Shown: in pieces, positions 36,260 to 44,310 of the stretch | Layout: every line of letters begins with the position of its first letter | Position numbering within the stretch: position 1 is the stretch's first letter | Origin: Verrucomicrobiia bacterium | Lineage (GTDB): Bacteria > Verrucomicrobiota > Verrucomicrobiia > Limisphaerales > UBA1100 | DNA: 64,000 bases | Direction of reading: 5' to 3' | Assembly: GCA_014239365.1 (NCBI GenBank) | Contig: JAAZZB010000033.1 | Span: forward strand, 10,669 to 74,668 | Made by a program: the position numbers and the translations under genes | The notes under the pieces: model-generated | Seen by the model: the letters and a program-made list of their open reading frames with translations, nothing else | Databases searched by the model: none | Told to the model about the DNA's origin: nothing

Positions 36260-36877
36260 CTAACGATAAGTGACGTCGTCCTTGCCCTGTTTTTTGATTT
36301 GATGATTTCCTCCCCAGACAATTTCGCTGGTGTCCGGATCGATGAGTTGGAACGAGTACAGGACGTAGTCGCTGGCCCCCGAATTTCCCCGGCCTGAGAT
36401 TCCCTTGAAGGTGCCGGTGAGAATGAAGTCGGCGCCTCTGAATTGATTGCTGGTGATTTTTTCGCCGCCGGTGACTTGGCCGCTGAGTTTGAGGTCGCGT
36501 TCTTTTTCTAATTTGTCCATATGCTCGCGCGCCACAAAAGTTATTTTGCTGGCCGCGTGTTCGAGCAGTTTGTCGCGGATCAGCATCAGAAAAATATCTT
36601 TGTCGATGGGGAAGCGCGTGTCGTTGTTGATAGGCTCGAGCACGACCACCGGTTTGCCCTCAGCCTTGGCGATGGGATCCGCGCCGAGAATGCCGCGCGC
36701 CATCTTCTCGGAAATGGTGACGAGATCCTGCGACTCAATGCCCAGCCCGGCCACAAAGCCGCGCTCGCCCGGGCGCAGTTCGGTGACGCTCGGGCCGTGG
36801 GTGGAATTGACGTTGGTGGTGCAACCGGTCGCAGCCCAAAGGGCGGTGCCGACTAAAAGTGTAATGATGTGTTTCAT
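36260..36877 (-). CDS. LpoB-like lipoprotein (penicillin-binding-protein activator LpoB family)
   Basis: Lipobox AATGC. SEKMARGILGADPIAKAEGKPVVVLEPINNDTRFPIDKD and GADFILTGTF...YVLYSFQLIDPDTSEIVWGG mirror the conserved LpoB-domain pattern. Confidence 0.65.
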   Translation of the reverse strand: MKHIITLLVGTALWAATGCTTNVNSTHGPSVTELRPGERGFVAGLGIESQDLVTISEKMARGILGADPIAKAEGKPVVVLEPINNDTRFPIDKDIFLMLIRDKLLEHAASKITFVAREHMDKLEKERDLKLSGQVTGGEKITSNQFRGADFILTGTFKGISGRGNSGASDYVLYSFQLIDPDTSEIVWGGNHQIKKQGKDDVTYR

Positions 36878-36914
36878 ACCGTTCTCCTTTGGACGGGAGA
36901 ATATGGCAGAAAAG

Positions 36915-37481
36915 TCATCGCCCGAAAAGTTTATTCACACGCTTGCGTGGCGAGAGGCGGGGCTTTGCCGGAGCCTCTGTTGCAGGCGTGGACACCACGC
37001 CGGGGCCAACCACGGGCAAACCCGTTGCGGGATCAATCGTGGGTGCGGCAGTGCCGGATGCGGAGGCATTGGGGTCGATGGGCAAACCGGTCGCCGGGTC
37101 GATTTGCGGTTGCGGGCCAATTTCTGGGTTTGAGTTTTGGGGATTCTGCGCGCGTTCCAGCGCGGCTTGGCGCTCGGCCTCAGCTTTTTGCGCCGCTTTG
37201 CGGTCCATCATTTGGCCAATCAACAAACCCAACGCGCCACCAATGGCCGTGCCTTCGGTGGTTCGATTGCTTTTGCTGCCCACCACGCCGCCGATTGCCG
37301 CGCCCAAAACCGTGGTGGTGGTGGCTGCTGGCGCGCGTGTTTGCGGCGCCGGTTGCGGGGCTGGTGCGGGCTCACCCGCGGCGCGTAAGCCGGGAAAATT
37401 CAGGCCCGGGAAAAGTTGTGCCTGCGTTGTGCACACAGAAATCGTTAGCGAAATGAGGGCGAAAACGGCTGTTTTATTCAT
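36915..37481 (-). CDS. Exported glycine-zipper protein with two IDPATGLP motifs
   Basis: It has a signal peptide and a glycine zipper LGAAIGGVVGSKSNRTTEGTAIGGALGLLIG, then PQIDPATGLPIDP and TIDPATGLPVVG. The C-terminus is ...NKLFGR. Confidence 0.6.
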   Translation of the reverse strand: MNKTAVFALISLTISVCTTQAQLFPGLNFPGLRAAGEPAPAPQPAPQTRAPAATTTTVLGAAIGGVVGSKSNRTTEGTAIGGALGLLIGQMMDRKAAQKAEAERQAALERAQNPQNSNPEIGPQPQIDPATGLPIDPNASASGTAAPTIDPATGLPVVGPGVVSTPATEAPAKPRLSPRKRVNKLFGR

Positions 37482-37587
37482 AATAACGATACCTTCCTTG
37501 GTTTTTTCAGTTTGGAAACCGGATTTGTTAACAGGTTATTCACAGCAAACCGCGTGCCGTTTTGGGTCAAGTTTGGTCCGGTAAACA

Positions 37588-37623
37588 AAAAACCGCCGTT
37601 TTATGCGAAAAACAGCGGTTTTT
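37588..37623 (-). terminator. Possible terminator after 37647..38072
   Basis: An aaaccgc/gcggttt stem with a large loop, followed on the minus-strand transcript by a U-tract (A-run at 37586-37591). Weak. Confidence 0.35.
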
Positions 37624-37646
37624 GGCTGAAAATTGAAATTTTGAAT

Positions 37647-38072
37647 TTATCGCCCAAACAGCGATCGGGCCGGATATGCGGCATTTACGCGCGGTGGCGT
37701 GATAATAATCACCGATCCAGCCGTCGGCTGAACGTACATTGGCCGCGCATATTGGGCGCCCGGCGTCATTGCCATCGTGTGCATCGGCAACCCGCGTGGC
37801 ATCCCAAAGTAATTTGGCTGAGGAAAATAGCCCGGCATAAAGGGCACCGGCGCGACCAATTGCGGCTGAATCTGCTGCATCGGCTGTGCAGGCGGCGTGA
37901 TGAGCACCGTGGCCGCTTGCGCGCCGGGGCGTTCGGGCAGTTTGATTTCAAGGGTGCGATCGGCCATCCCCGGGCCCGTGCGCAAAACGCCCGGGCCAAA
38001 AAGTTGTGCGGAAAGTTGGGGCGCAAAACCCAGTGTCATCAGAATCGATAGCAAGCCAATCAGTCGTAACAT
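37647..38072 (-). CDS. Exported Pro/Gln/Met-rich hypothetical protein
   Basis: The preferred start is the ATG at 38070-38072 (MLRLIGLLSILMTLGFAPQLSA, a signal peptide). The mature N-terminus QLFGPG and the C-terminus ...SLFGR echo the neighbouring 36915..37481 product. Confidence 0.5.
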   Translation of the reverse strand: MLRLIGLLSILMTLGFAPQLSAQLFGPGVLRTGPGMADRTLEIKLPERPGAQAATVLITPPAQPMQQIQPQLVAPVPFMPGYFPQPNYFGMPRGLPMHTMAMTPGAQYARPMYVQPTAGSVIIITPPRVNAAYPARSLFGR

Positions 38073-38185
38073 TCGAAAAGTGTAGGCCTTCCCACCGCGC
38101 GCGCAACAGAATAGTGTGCACACGTACAAAAACTTTTTCACTCGTGACCGACTCGCCCCGCCGCTAATCTCGCCGCCCTTTAAAG

Positions 38186-38962
38186 ATGTTAGCCAAACGC
38201 GTCATTCCCTGCCTCGATGTTCACGACGGACAAGTCACCCGTGGCGTGCAATTTGGCAAAGCCGAGGCGGGCGAGCTGCGCAACGTGGGCGATCCCGTCG
38301 AGCTCGCGCTGGAGTATAATAATCAGGGCGCGGACGAGATGGTGTTCTTCGACATCACCGCCAGCGCGCACGAACGCAAGACCATCGTGGACGTCATTGA
38401 GCGCGCGGGCGATCAATGCTTTATGCCACTCACCGTCGGCGGCGGCATCCGCACCGTGGAAGACATGAGCACGATGCTCAAAGCCGGCGCCGACAAAGTG
38501 AGCATCAACTCCGCCGCCATCGCCACGCCATCGCTCATCCGCGAAGGCGCGGAAAAATTCGGCAGCCAATGCATCGTCGTCAGCATCGACGCCAAAAAAA
38601 CCGGCGACGACCAATGGCGCGTCTTCACCCACGGCGGCCGCAAGGAAGCCGGGTTGGACGCCGTCAAATGGGCGCGCGAAGCCGTGGCGCTCGGCGCGGG
38701 CGAAATTGTTTTGAACAGCATCGACGCCGACGGCACCAAAGCCGGCTACGACATCGAGATCACCCGACGCATCAGCGAAACCGTCGGCGTCCCCATCGTC
38801 GCCAGCGGCGGCGCGGGCAATCTCGACCACATGGTGGATGTCCTAAAACAAGGCCAAGCCGACGCCGTCCTCGCCGCCAGCATATTCCACTTCGGCGAAT
38901 ACACCGTCGGCGAAGTGAAAACGCATTTAGCCAAGGCGGATATTCCGGTGCGGGTGGTTTGA
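38186..38962 (+). CDS. hisF: Imidazole glycerol phosphate synthase, cyclase subunit
   Basis: [30 protein letters not shown] and ASGGAG are all HisF motifs. Confidence 0.95.
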   Translation: MLAKRVIPCLDVHDGQVTRGVQFGKAEAGELRNVGDPVELALEYNNQGADEMVFFDITASAHERKTIVDVIERAGDQCFMPLTVGGGIRTVEDMSTMLKAGADKVSINSAAIATPSLIREGAEKFGSQCIVVSIDAKKTGDDQWRVFTHGGRKEAGLDAVKWAREAVALGAGEIVLNSIDADGTKAGYDIEITRRISETVGVPIVASGGAGNLDHMVDVLKQGQADAVLAASIFHFGEYTVGEVKTHLAKADIPVRVV

Positions 38963-38969
38963 TTTTTTT

Positions 38970-39024
38970 ATCACAGAGAACACAGAGCGGTTTTTTCTCT
39001 GTGCTCTCTGTGCCTCTGTGGTAT
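38970..39024. repeat. R2 complete hairpin (left flank of the TA cassette)
   Basis: The sequence is atcacagagaacacagag-cggtttttt-ctctgtgctctctgtgcctctgtggtat. The right arm is repeated directly at 39715-39746. Confidence 0.8.
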
Positions 39025-39033
39025 ATTTTTGCT

Positions 39034-39270
39034 ATGGACAATAATGTGGTTCACAGTGACACAAATATTTTAAGTGGTACGCCTGTCTTTGTGGGCACGC
39101 GCGTGCCGGCGCGGAGTCTTTCGGATTACCTTGCAGACGGCCATTCGTTGGATGAGTTTTTGGAAGACTTTCCCACGGTCAGCCGCGAGCAAGCGATGGC
39201 GTTGACGGCTCAGGCTGTTTCAAATTCAGGCGAGGTCCAATCTACTTTTGAGGATCGCCTGGAGAGGTGA
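39034..39270 (+). CDS. DUF433-family protein (antitoxin-like HTH)
   Basis: 78 aa. SDTNILSGTPVFVGTRVPARSLSDYLADGHSLDEFLEDFPTVSREQAMAL matches the DUF433 pattern (GxPxxxGTRxxV...G.s..ei...yP). It corresponds to the last 78 codons of track ORF 38416..39270. Confidence 0.7.
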   Translation: MDNNVVHSDTNILSGTPVFVGTRVPARSLSDYLADGHSLDEFLEDFPTVSREQAMALTAQAVSNSGEVQSTFEDRLER

Positions 39271-39410
39271 AGCATTTCCACGCCGACCACTTCCTTGGAT
39301 TCATTAAAGTCAAGGACGATGCCGGGTGAAACTTCTTCGGACTCTATGATTTCCGAGTCGTCCAGCCGCAGATATAGGGCATCCGCTTTTTTGTCTAAAT
39401 GTAGTTTCAT
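39210..39410 (-). CDS. DUF2283-family small protein (antitoxin-like partner of DUF4258)
   Basis: 66 aa. MKLHLDKKADALYLRLDDSEIIESEEVSPGIVLDFNESKEVVGVEMLH is the DUF2283 pattern. It has a 4-nt overlap with the upstream DUF4258 gene, and its 3' end overlaps the convergent DUF433 gene by 61 nt. Confidence 0.7.
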   Translation of the reverse strand: MKLHLDKKADALYLRLDDSEIIESEEVSPGIVLDFNESKEVVGVEMLHLSRRSSKVDWTSPEFETA

Positions 39411-39658
39411 AATTTGCCTTTCTTCGTCCGGTCAAAGAATACACTAACTATCCGTGCCGGTTCAACTCGGATATTCACTGCCACGCGCAACACTCGATTG
39501 CCGTGTTCAGGGATGCGGCGGAAAAATCGCTCCACGGAGTCATCAACCGGATCGGGTTGACGCAATTCCGGCGCGTCAATCGTTCGATCCACCCATTCGG
39601 GAAGTATCGACCGTGACTGCATAGCATGACGTGCGTGTCGGGTGTACTCGTAATTCAA
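39407..39658 (-). CDS. DUF4258-family protein (putative toxin)
   Basis: 83 aa. YTRHARHAMQSRSILPEWVDRTI...RVLRVAVN...IVSVF fits DUF4258. Confidence 0.65.
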   Translation of the reverse strand: MNYEYTRHARHAMQSRSILPEWVDRTIDAPELRQPDPVDDSVERFFRRIPEHGNRVLRVAVNIRVEPARIVSVFFDRTKKGKL

Positions 39659-39714
39659 ATTGATTTGGAATCTTCGGGATGCTCGGGTGAATTTGCAAGC
39701 GAGTTGCGCAGGAA

Positions 39715-39748
39715 TTTTTTCCCTGTGCTCTCTGTGCCTCTGTGGTTA
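39715..39748. repeat. R2 solo arm (right flank of the TA cassette)
   Basis: ttttttccctgtgctctctgtgcctctgtggt shares an identical 24-mer (ctgtgctctctgtgcctctgtggt) and the T6 prefix with 38991-39022. Confidence 0.8.
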
Positions 39749-39758
39749 AGTTCGGCGC

Positions 39759-40145
39759 ATGTCATTTATCGACGGTTTGAAATTTAATGAACAGGGGCTG
39801 ATTCCGGCGATTGTGCAGGAGGAAGGCTCGGGGCGCGTGCTGATGATGGCTTGGATGAATGCGGATTCAATCAAGAGCACGCTCGAGACGGGCAAGACGC
39901 ATTTCTGGAGCCGCAGTCGGCAGAAGTATTGGATGAAAGGCGAGAGCAGCGGCAACACGCAGCAGGTGAAAGATGTGGCCTACGATTGCGATGGCGATAC
40001 GCTGTTGATTCAAGTGGAACAAATCGGCGCGGCGTGTCACGAGGGGTACAAGAGTTGTTTCTTCACGTCAGTGAAGGACACCGAAACGGAAATCACCGAG
40101 GAGCGGTTGATTGATCCGGAGGAAATGTACGGCAAAAAATCGTGA
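39759..40145 (+). CDS. hisI: Phosphoribosyl-AMP cyclohydrolase
   Basis: [32 protein letters not shown] and DCDGDTLL are HisI motifs. Confidence 0.93.
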   Translation: MSFIDGLKFNEQGLIPAIVQEEGSGRVLMMAWMNADSIKSTLETGKTHFWSRSRQKYWMKGESSGNTQQVKDVAYDCDGDTLLIQVEQIGAACHEGYKSCFFTSVKDTETEITEERLIDPEEMYGKKS

Positions 40146-41674
40146 GCGATTCCCCGCACATCACGCCTTCGCGCGAGGCATTTCTGCAGCACGCGGAGCA
40201 GGGAAATTTGGTTCCGGTGTATCGCGAAATTCTCGCGGACTTCGAGACGCCGCTTTCGGCGTATCGCAAAATTCGGTCCGGCGGCGAGGCGTTTCTGTGC
40301 GAGAGCGTGGAGGGCGGCGAGCATTTGAGCCGGTACTCGTTCGTGGGCTGCAACCCGCGCGGGATCATTCGGCAGGATGGCGATCAAGTGCAGGTGGTCG
40401 AAGGCGGCAAAGTGACGGCGACGTATACGGTGAGCCGCGAGCCCGGCGAAAACCACGTACGCGATGGCCTCGAAGTGGTGGAAAAAGTTTTGGGTCGTTA
40501 TCGGCCTGTGGATTTGCCGGGGCTGCCGCGATTTACGGGTGGCGCGATGGGGTTTGTGGGGTATGAATTTATTCACGACGTGGAGCCGGTGGTGCCGCGT
40601 CCGCCCAAGGATGAGCTCGGCACGCCGACGATGTATTTTTTGATCGCGGATGAGCTTTTGATTTTCGATCGCGTGCGGCAGACGGTGACGGTTCTTGTGA
40701 ACGCCATCATCGAGGACGGCGCGAAACCGGAGGACGCCTACGAAGATGCCGTCGACGAAGTGGAGCGCCTCGTGTCGTTGCTTGAGCAACCCACCGAACA
40801 CCGCGCCGTGACGCTCACCGCCGAGCCGCCGCCCGCCGCGTTTGAGTCCAATATGGACAAGGCCGATTTCCTAGCAAACGTTGCCAAGAGCAAGGAATAC
40901 ATTCGCGCGGGCGACATCATTCAAGTGGTCGGCTCGCAGCGATTCTCCACCGAGGTAAAAGCCGATCCGCTCGATGTGTACCGCGCCGTGCGATCCATCA
41001 ATCCATCGCCGTATATGTTTCTGCTCGAGCTCGATGGCTTTTCGTTGGTCGGTGCTTCGCCGGAAATTCACGTGCGCTGCGAGGAAGGCGAAGTGCAAAT
41101 CCGCCCCATCGCCGGCACGCGCCCGCGCGGTGCCACCACCGCCGAAGATTTGACCCACGAAAAAGATTTGCTCGCCGACCCCAAAGAACGCGCCGAGCAC
41201 GTGATGCTTGTCGACCTCGCCCGCAACGACATCGGCCGCGTCTGCGAATACGGCAGCGTGCAAGTCGCCGACCTCATGATCATCGAGCGTTACAGCCACG
41301 TGATGCACATCGTCTCCAGCGTCACCGGCAAACTCACCGCCGACAAAACGCCTTACGATCTGCTGCGCACCACCTTCCCCGCCGGCACCCTCACCGGCGC
41401 GCCCAAGATTCGCGCCATGCAAATCATCAGCGAATTCGAGCAAACCACCCGCGGCCCCTACGGCGGCACCGTCGGCTACTTCAGCTTCAACGGCAACCTC
41501 GACTGCTGCATCACCATCCGCACCGCGTTGTTAAAAGACGGCAAGGCGTACGTCCAAGCCGGCGGCGGTTGGGTCAACGATTCCGTGCCCGAAACCGAAT
41601 TCGAAGAAACCGTCAACAAAGCCAAAGCCATGATCAAAGCCATCGCCCTCGCCGAGCATTGCGTAAAACTGTAG
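40142..41674 (+). CDS. trpE: Anthranilate synthase component I
   Basis: 510 aa with a GTGA overlap with hisI. It carries [33 protein letters not shown] and [11 protein letters not shown]. The stop codon lies inside repeat R5. Confidence 0.93.
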   Translation: MSDSPHITPSREAFLQHAEQGNLVPVYREILADFETPLSAYRKIRSGGEAFLCESVEGGEHLSRYSFVGCNPRGIIRQDGDQVQVVEGGKVTATYTVSREPGENHVRDGLEVVEKVLGRYRPVDLPGLPRFTGGAMGFVGYEFIHDVEPVVPRPPKDELGTPTMYFLIADELLIFDRVRQTVTVLVNAIIEDGAKPEDAYEDAVDEVERLVSLLEQPTEHRAVTLTAEPPPAAFESNMDKADFLANVAKSKEYIRAGDIIQVVGSQRFSTEVKADPLDVYRAVRSINPSPYMFLLELDGFSLVGASPEIHVRCEEGEVQIRPIAGTRPRGATTAEDLTHEKDLLADPKERAEHVMLVDLARNDIGRVCEYGSVQVADLMIIERYSHVMHIVSSVTGKLTADKTPYDLLRTTFPAGTLTGAPKIRAMQIISEFEQTTRGPYGGTVGYFSFNGNLDCCITIRTALLKDGKAYVQAGGGWVNDSVPETEFEETVNKAKAMIKAIALAEHCVKL

Positions 41675-41782
41675 CCCGGGCCGATGGCCCGGGGGGTCGG
41701 TTTGTAGCCCGGGCCGGTGGCCCGGGGCCCGGACCACCGGTCCGGGCTACATTGGCGCGCTCGGAGAGCACGCCCTACCTTT
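41670..41782. repeat. Composite repeat: two tandem R5 units fused to the right half of R1
   Basis: The sequence tgtagcccgggccgatggcccgg...tgtagcccgggccggtggcccggggcccggaccaccggtccgggctaca is followed by ttggcgcgctcggagagcacgccctaccttt. Confidence 0.75.
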
Positions 41783-41861
41783 CTCAACCTTCCTCCACCA
41801 ATTCAGCATTGCCCCCCATCGCCAAACCTGCTTTAGTGCGCCCCCCGAAATCAGAAAAATT

Positions 41862-42281
41862 ATGGCTACTGAACGCTCACTCATATTGCTCAAACCCGAC
41901 TGCCTCAACGGCCATCACGCTGGCGAAGTCATCGGACGTTTTGAAAAAGCCGGTTTCGAAATCCGCGCCACCAAGCTCATCGCCCTCACCGATGATCTCC
42001 TCAAAGAACACTACGCGCACATCGCCGACCGACCCTTCTTTCCCGAGATCGTAGAATTTATGAGCGCCCGCCCCGTGCTCGCCCTCGTCCTCGAAGGCGA
42101 AAACGCCGTCGCCGCCATCCGCGACCTCCTCGGCCCCACCGATTCCACCAAAGCCCCCGCCGGAACCATCCGCGGCGACATGGGCACCACCAGCATGAAA
42201 AACATCTGCCACGCCAGCGACTCAGTCGAAAACGCCGCCATCGAAGTAGAGCGCTTCTTCAACGCGGGCGAGGTGTATTAG
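41862..42281 (+). CDS. ndk: Nucleoside-diphosphate kinase
   Basis: ERSLILLKPD, RPFFPEIVEFM, GTIRGD and NICHASDS (active-site His) are present. Confidence 0.95.
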   Translation: MATERSLILLKPDCLNGHHAGEVIGRFEKAGFEIRATKLIALTDDLLKEHYAHIADRPFFPEIVEFMSARPVLALVLEGENAVAAIRDLLGPTDSTKAPAGTIRGDMGTTSMKNICHASDSVENAAIEVERFFNAGEVY

Positions 42282-43111
42282 GGAATTCTCCCTGCGGCCC
42301 GAAGATTTATTCGCATCGATCGGAGCGAGTTGTTTGGATTAAAGATGCCAGTAGTATAACTGGGTGTCACCATCGAGCCTCCGTTTTGAATTAGATTGAT
42401 TCTAATTCCTCCCGTGCCAGAACCTCCGCCTGTGGTTTCGCCTGTGGTTCCGCCTGTGGTTCCGCCTGTGGTTCCGCCTGTGGTTCCGCCTGTGGTTCCG
42501 CCTGTGGTTCCGCCTGTGGTTCCGCCTGTGGTTCCGCCTGTGGTTCCGCTTGTGGTTCCGCTTGTGGTGGATTGACCTGGTGTGCCTTCATTTTTTAACG
42601 TGACTGTAACAGAGTTGACAGATGCAAACGAATTTGTCACGCCTTCGATTGTTTGAGTGCAACTTGCATTCACAGTATAAGTAACAGATCTCCCGCGATC
42701 TGCCGTCGTTGCATTTGCTGCGGCTCCTCCGGGGAAATCCTCATCTTTGATTGAAATCCTTCGGCCAGTCCAAGGGCAAGGAGTGCTTCCTGTCCATTTC
42801 CAATTTTCATCTCGAATGTATGGGTTGGCAGCAGTGTTAGTATCTACACACGTAATATTCATTGTCCATTTGTAATCTAGATTCCTTGTGACTGCAATAA
42901 AAGCTCCAGTTTGTACGTCTATAGTCCGTGTAAGAGTGATGGGGACAGGTTCTACGGCTCTAGGACTGCTTTCTTTCATAATTTTTATCGATTGTAATCG
43001 ATTATAAGTCTGTGCAGACAGAGATGTACAAAGGGCAAACAACAGGATCGATACTGTAATTAATCCAGCGCTTGAGCGATGTCGTATTTGAGTGTGGCTT
43101 GTATGTTTCAT
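42278..43111 (-). CDS. Exported hypothetical protein with a (T-G-G-T)n tract
   Basis: The start at the ATG at 43109-43111 (MKHTSHTQ...LLFALCTSLSAQ) overlaps the stop of the upstream gene (ATGA). The gene is AT-rich, and its stop overlaps the convergent ndk stop. The tract reads TSGTTSGT(TGGT)x8TGETTGGG. Confidence 0.6.
   Translation of the reverse strand: MKHTSHTQIRHRSSAGLITVSILLFALCTSLSAQTYNRLQSIKIMKESSPRAVEPVPITLTRTIDVQTGAFIAVTRNLDYKWTMNITCVDTNTAANPYIRDENWKWTGSTPCPWTGRRISIKDEDFPGGAAANATTADRGRSVTYTVNASCTQTIEGVTNSFASVNSVTVTLKNEGTPGQSTTSGTTSGTTGGTTGGTTGGTTGGTTGGTTGGTTGGTTGGTTGETTGGGSGTGGIRINLIQNGGSMVTPSYTTGIFNPNNSLRSMRINLRAAGRIP
42424..42568. repeat. 12-bp tandem repeat (cctgtggttccg), about 8 perfect units plus 4 degenerate units, in-frame within a CDS
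   Basis: Read directly from the sequence. The units are identical at the nucleotide level. Confidence 0.9.
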
Positions 43112-44172
43112 CTGAAATTCACAACAGTCCAATTACTTCCTTGATCGTCTGTGTATTTGAGGCCCGTTACCATATCGTTCTTAGTGTTGAGATCGATTGC
43201 AATGCTTGTGATGATTTTGTTGCTGTCTGGAAGAATGATGTTTAGATTTCTATACACGAAATAATCAATTCCACTATTTAGACTGTGGACAGTTTTTGGA
43301 GGGCCTCCGAATATTTGCTCAATTTGTCGCCTTGATTTCCCCCACAAAATTTTTTGAAGTGCACCCAACGAAGTGCCCCGATAGTTTGCAAATATATTTC
43401 TCCGCGCCGGTGCGGCTGGTGCCTGAGGTCGAGCAGGTGTTACAGCAGGGGTAGTGCCAGCGGGTGTGCCGGGCGTTTGCTCAAGCCCAGCAACGTGTTG
43501 GCCTCTCAACGCACCGTTGATTGCACCAGCCTGCGCCATTTTTGTTGCGGCATCATTTGCGTTTTTGTTTTGTGCGATGATATTGCCAACGCGTTGCCAT
43601 TTGGCAGCGGCTTGAAGGTTTATTTGAGAATTAGCATCGCCGGATTGGTGAATCCACTGCAAATAGTGTGCCGCTGGTAGGTAAGCATCTTTGGTGGCGG
43701 CGTGTTCAAAATATTTCAAGGATTGCCCGATGTTGGCTGCCCGGCCATAGCCGTGGAATAAACAGAAACCATTGTAAAAGGCCGGGCTGGCTTTGTTGGC
43801 TTCTATCAAATAGGTGTTGAGAATCCGAGTATCACGCGTGATTTCAGATGGGTACATATAATACAACGGATAACGTGTGGGGGATTTTGCCTTATGCAAT
43901 CTTATGAGCACGCCTTCGGGGGTGATGACGGCGATTTTTCCGGTGATGATTTTGCCGTTTTTTAGGTTGTACTGGCCTGATACTGTGTTTTTCGGAGCGG
44001 GGGGCTTTGGAAATCGCTTCAGACCGTTCGCGATGAAGGGGGTTGTGGGCTGAGTTATCAGGGGAAGCCCGGTGATGGGGTTAATTACATTCCCTTGCCC
44101 TTGGGTAAATCCTGCAAATGCCAATGTAGCTACGATTGCCCAAGCAGTTTGATGATTTGTTTTGGTTCTCAT
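43108..44172 (-). CDS. Exported protein with a Sel1-like repeat region
   Basis: It has a signal peptide (AIVATLAFAGFTQG) and an INPITGLP motif. The Sel1-like segment is FYNGFCLFHGYGRAANIGQSLKYFEHAATKDAYLPAAHYL. AT-rich. Confidence 0.55.
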   Translation of the reverse strand: MRTKTNHQTAWAIVATLAFAGFTQGQGNVINPITGLPLITQPTTPFIANGLKRFPKPPAPKNTVSGQYNLKNGKIITGKIAVITPEGVLIRLHKAKSPTRYPLYYMYPSEITRDTRILNTYLIEANKASPAFYNGFCLFHGYGRAANIGQSLKYFEHAATKDAYLPAAHYLQWIHQSGDANSQINLQAAAKWQRVGNIIAQNKNANDAATKMAQAGAINGALRGQHVAGLEQTPGTPAGTTPAVTPARPQAPAAPARRNIFANYRGTSLGALQKILWGKSRRQIEQIFGGPPKTVHSLNSGIDYFVYRNLNIILPDSNKIITSIAIDLNTKNDMVTGLKYTDDQGSNWTVVNFR

Positions 44173-44310
44173 TTTAGGTGTCTTCTGTTTTGAGTTGGCT
44201 TTTATTATTTTGCACGGAACAACCCGTCATAGGAGAACTGCTTCGTGGAGGAGCTTTCTTACTAAAAATCTGTAAGAATTTTGGTGTTCAGGGCAGTGTT
44301 TTGGCAGACG

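Noticed and set aside
38416-39033. Upstream 206 codons of track ORF 38416..39270 (Arg/His-rich)
   Set aside because: This part overlaps hisF in another frame and crosses the R2 repeat. Only the last 78 codons, from the ATG at 39034, give a DUF433-like protein.
42424-42568. Possible CRISPR array, considered because of the regularly spaced identical 12-mers
   Set aside because: The units are contiguous with no spacers, they lie in-frame inside a CDS, and there are no cas genes. It is a coding tandem repeat.
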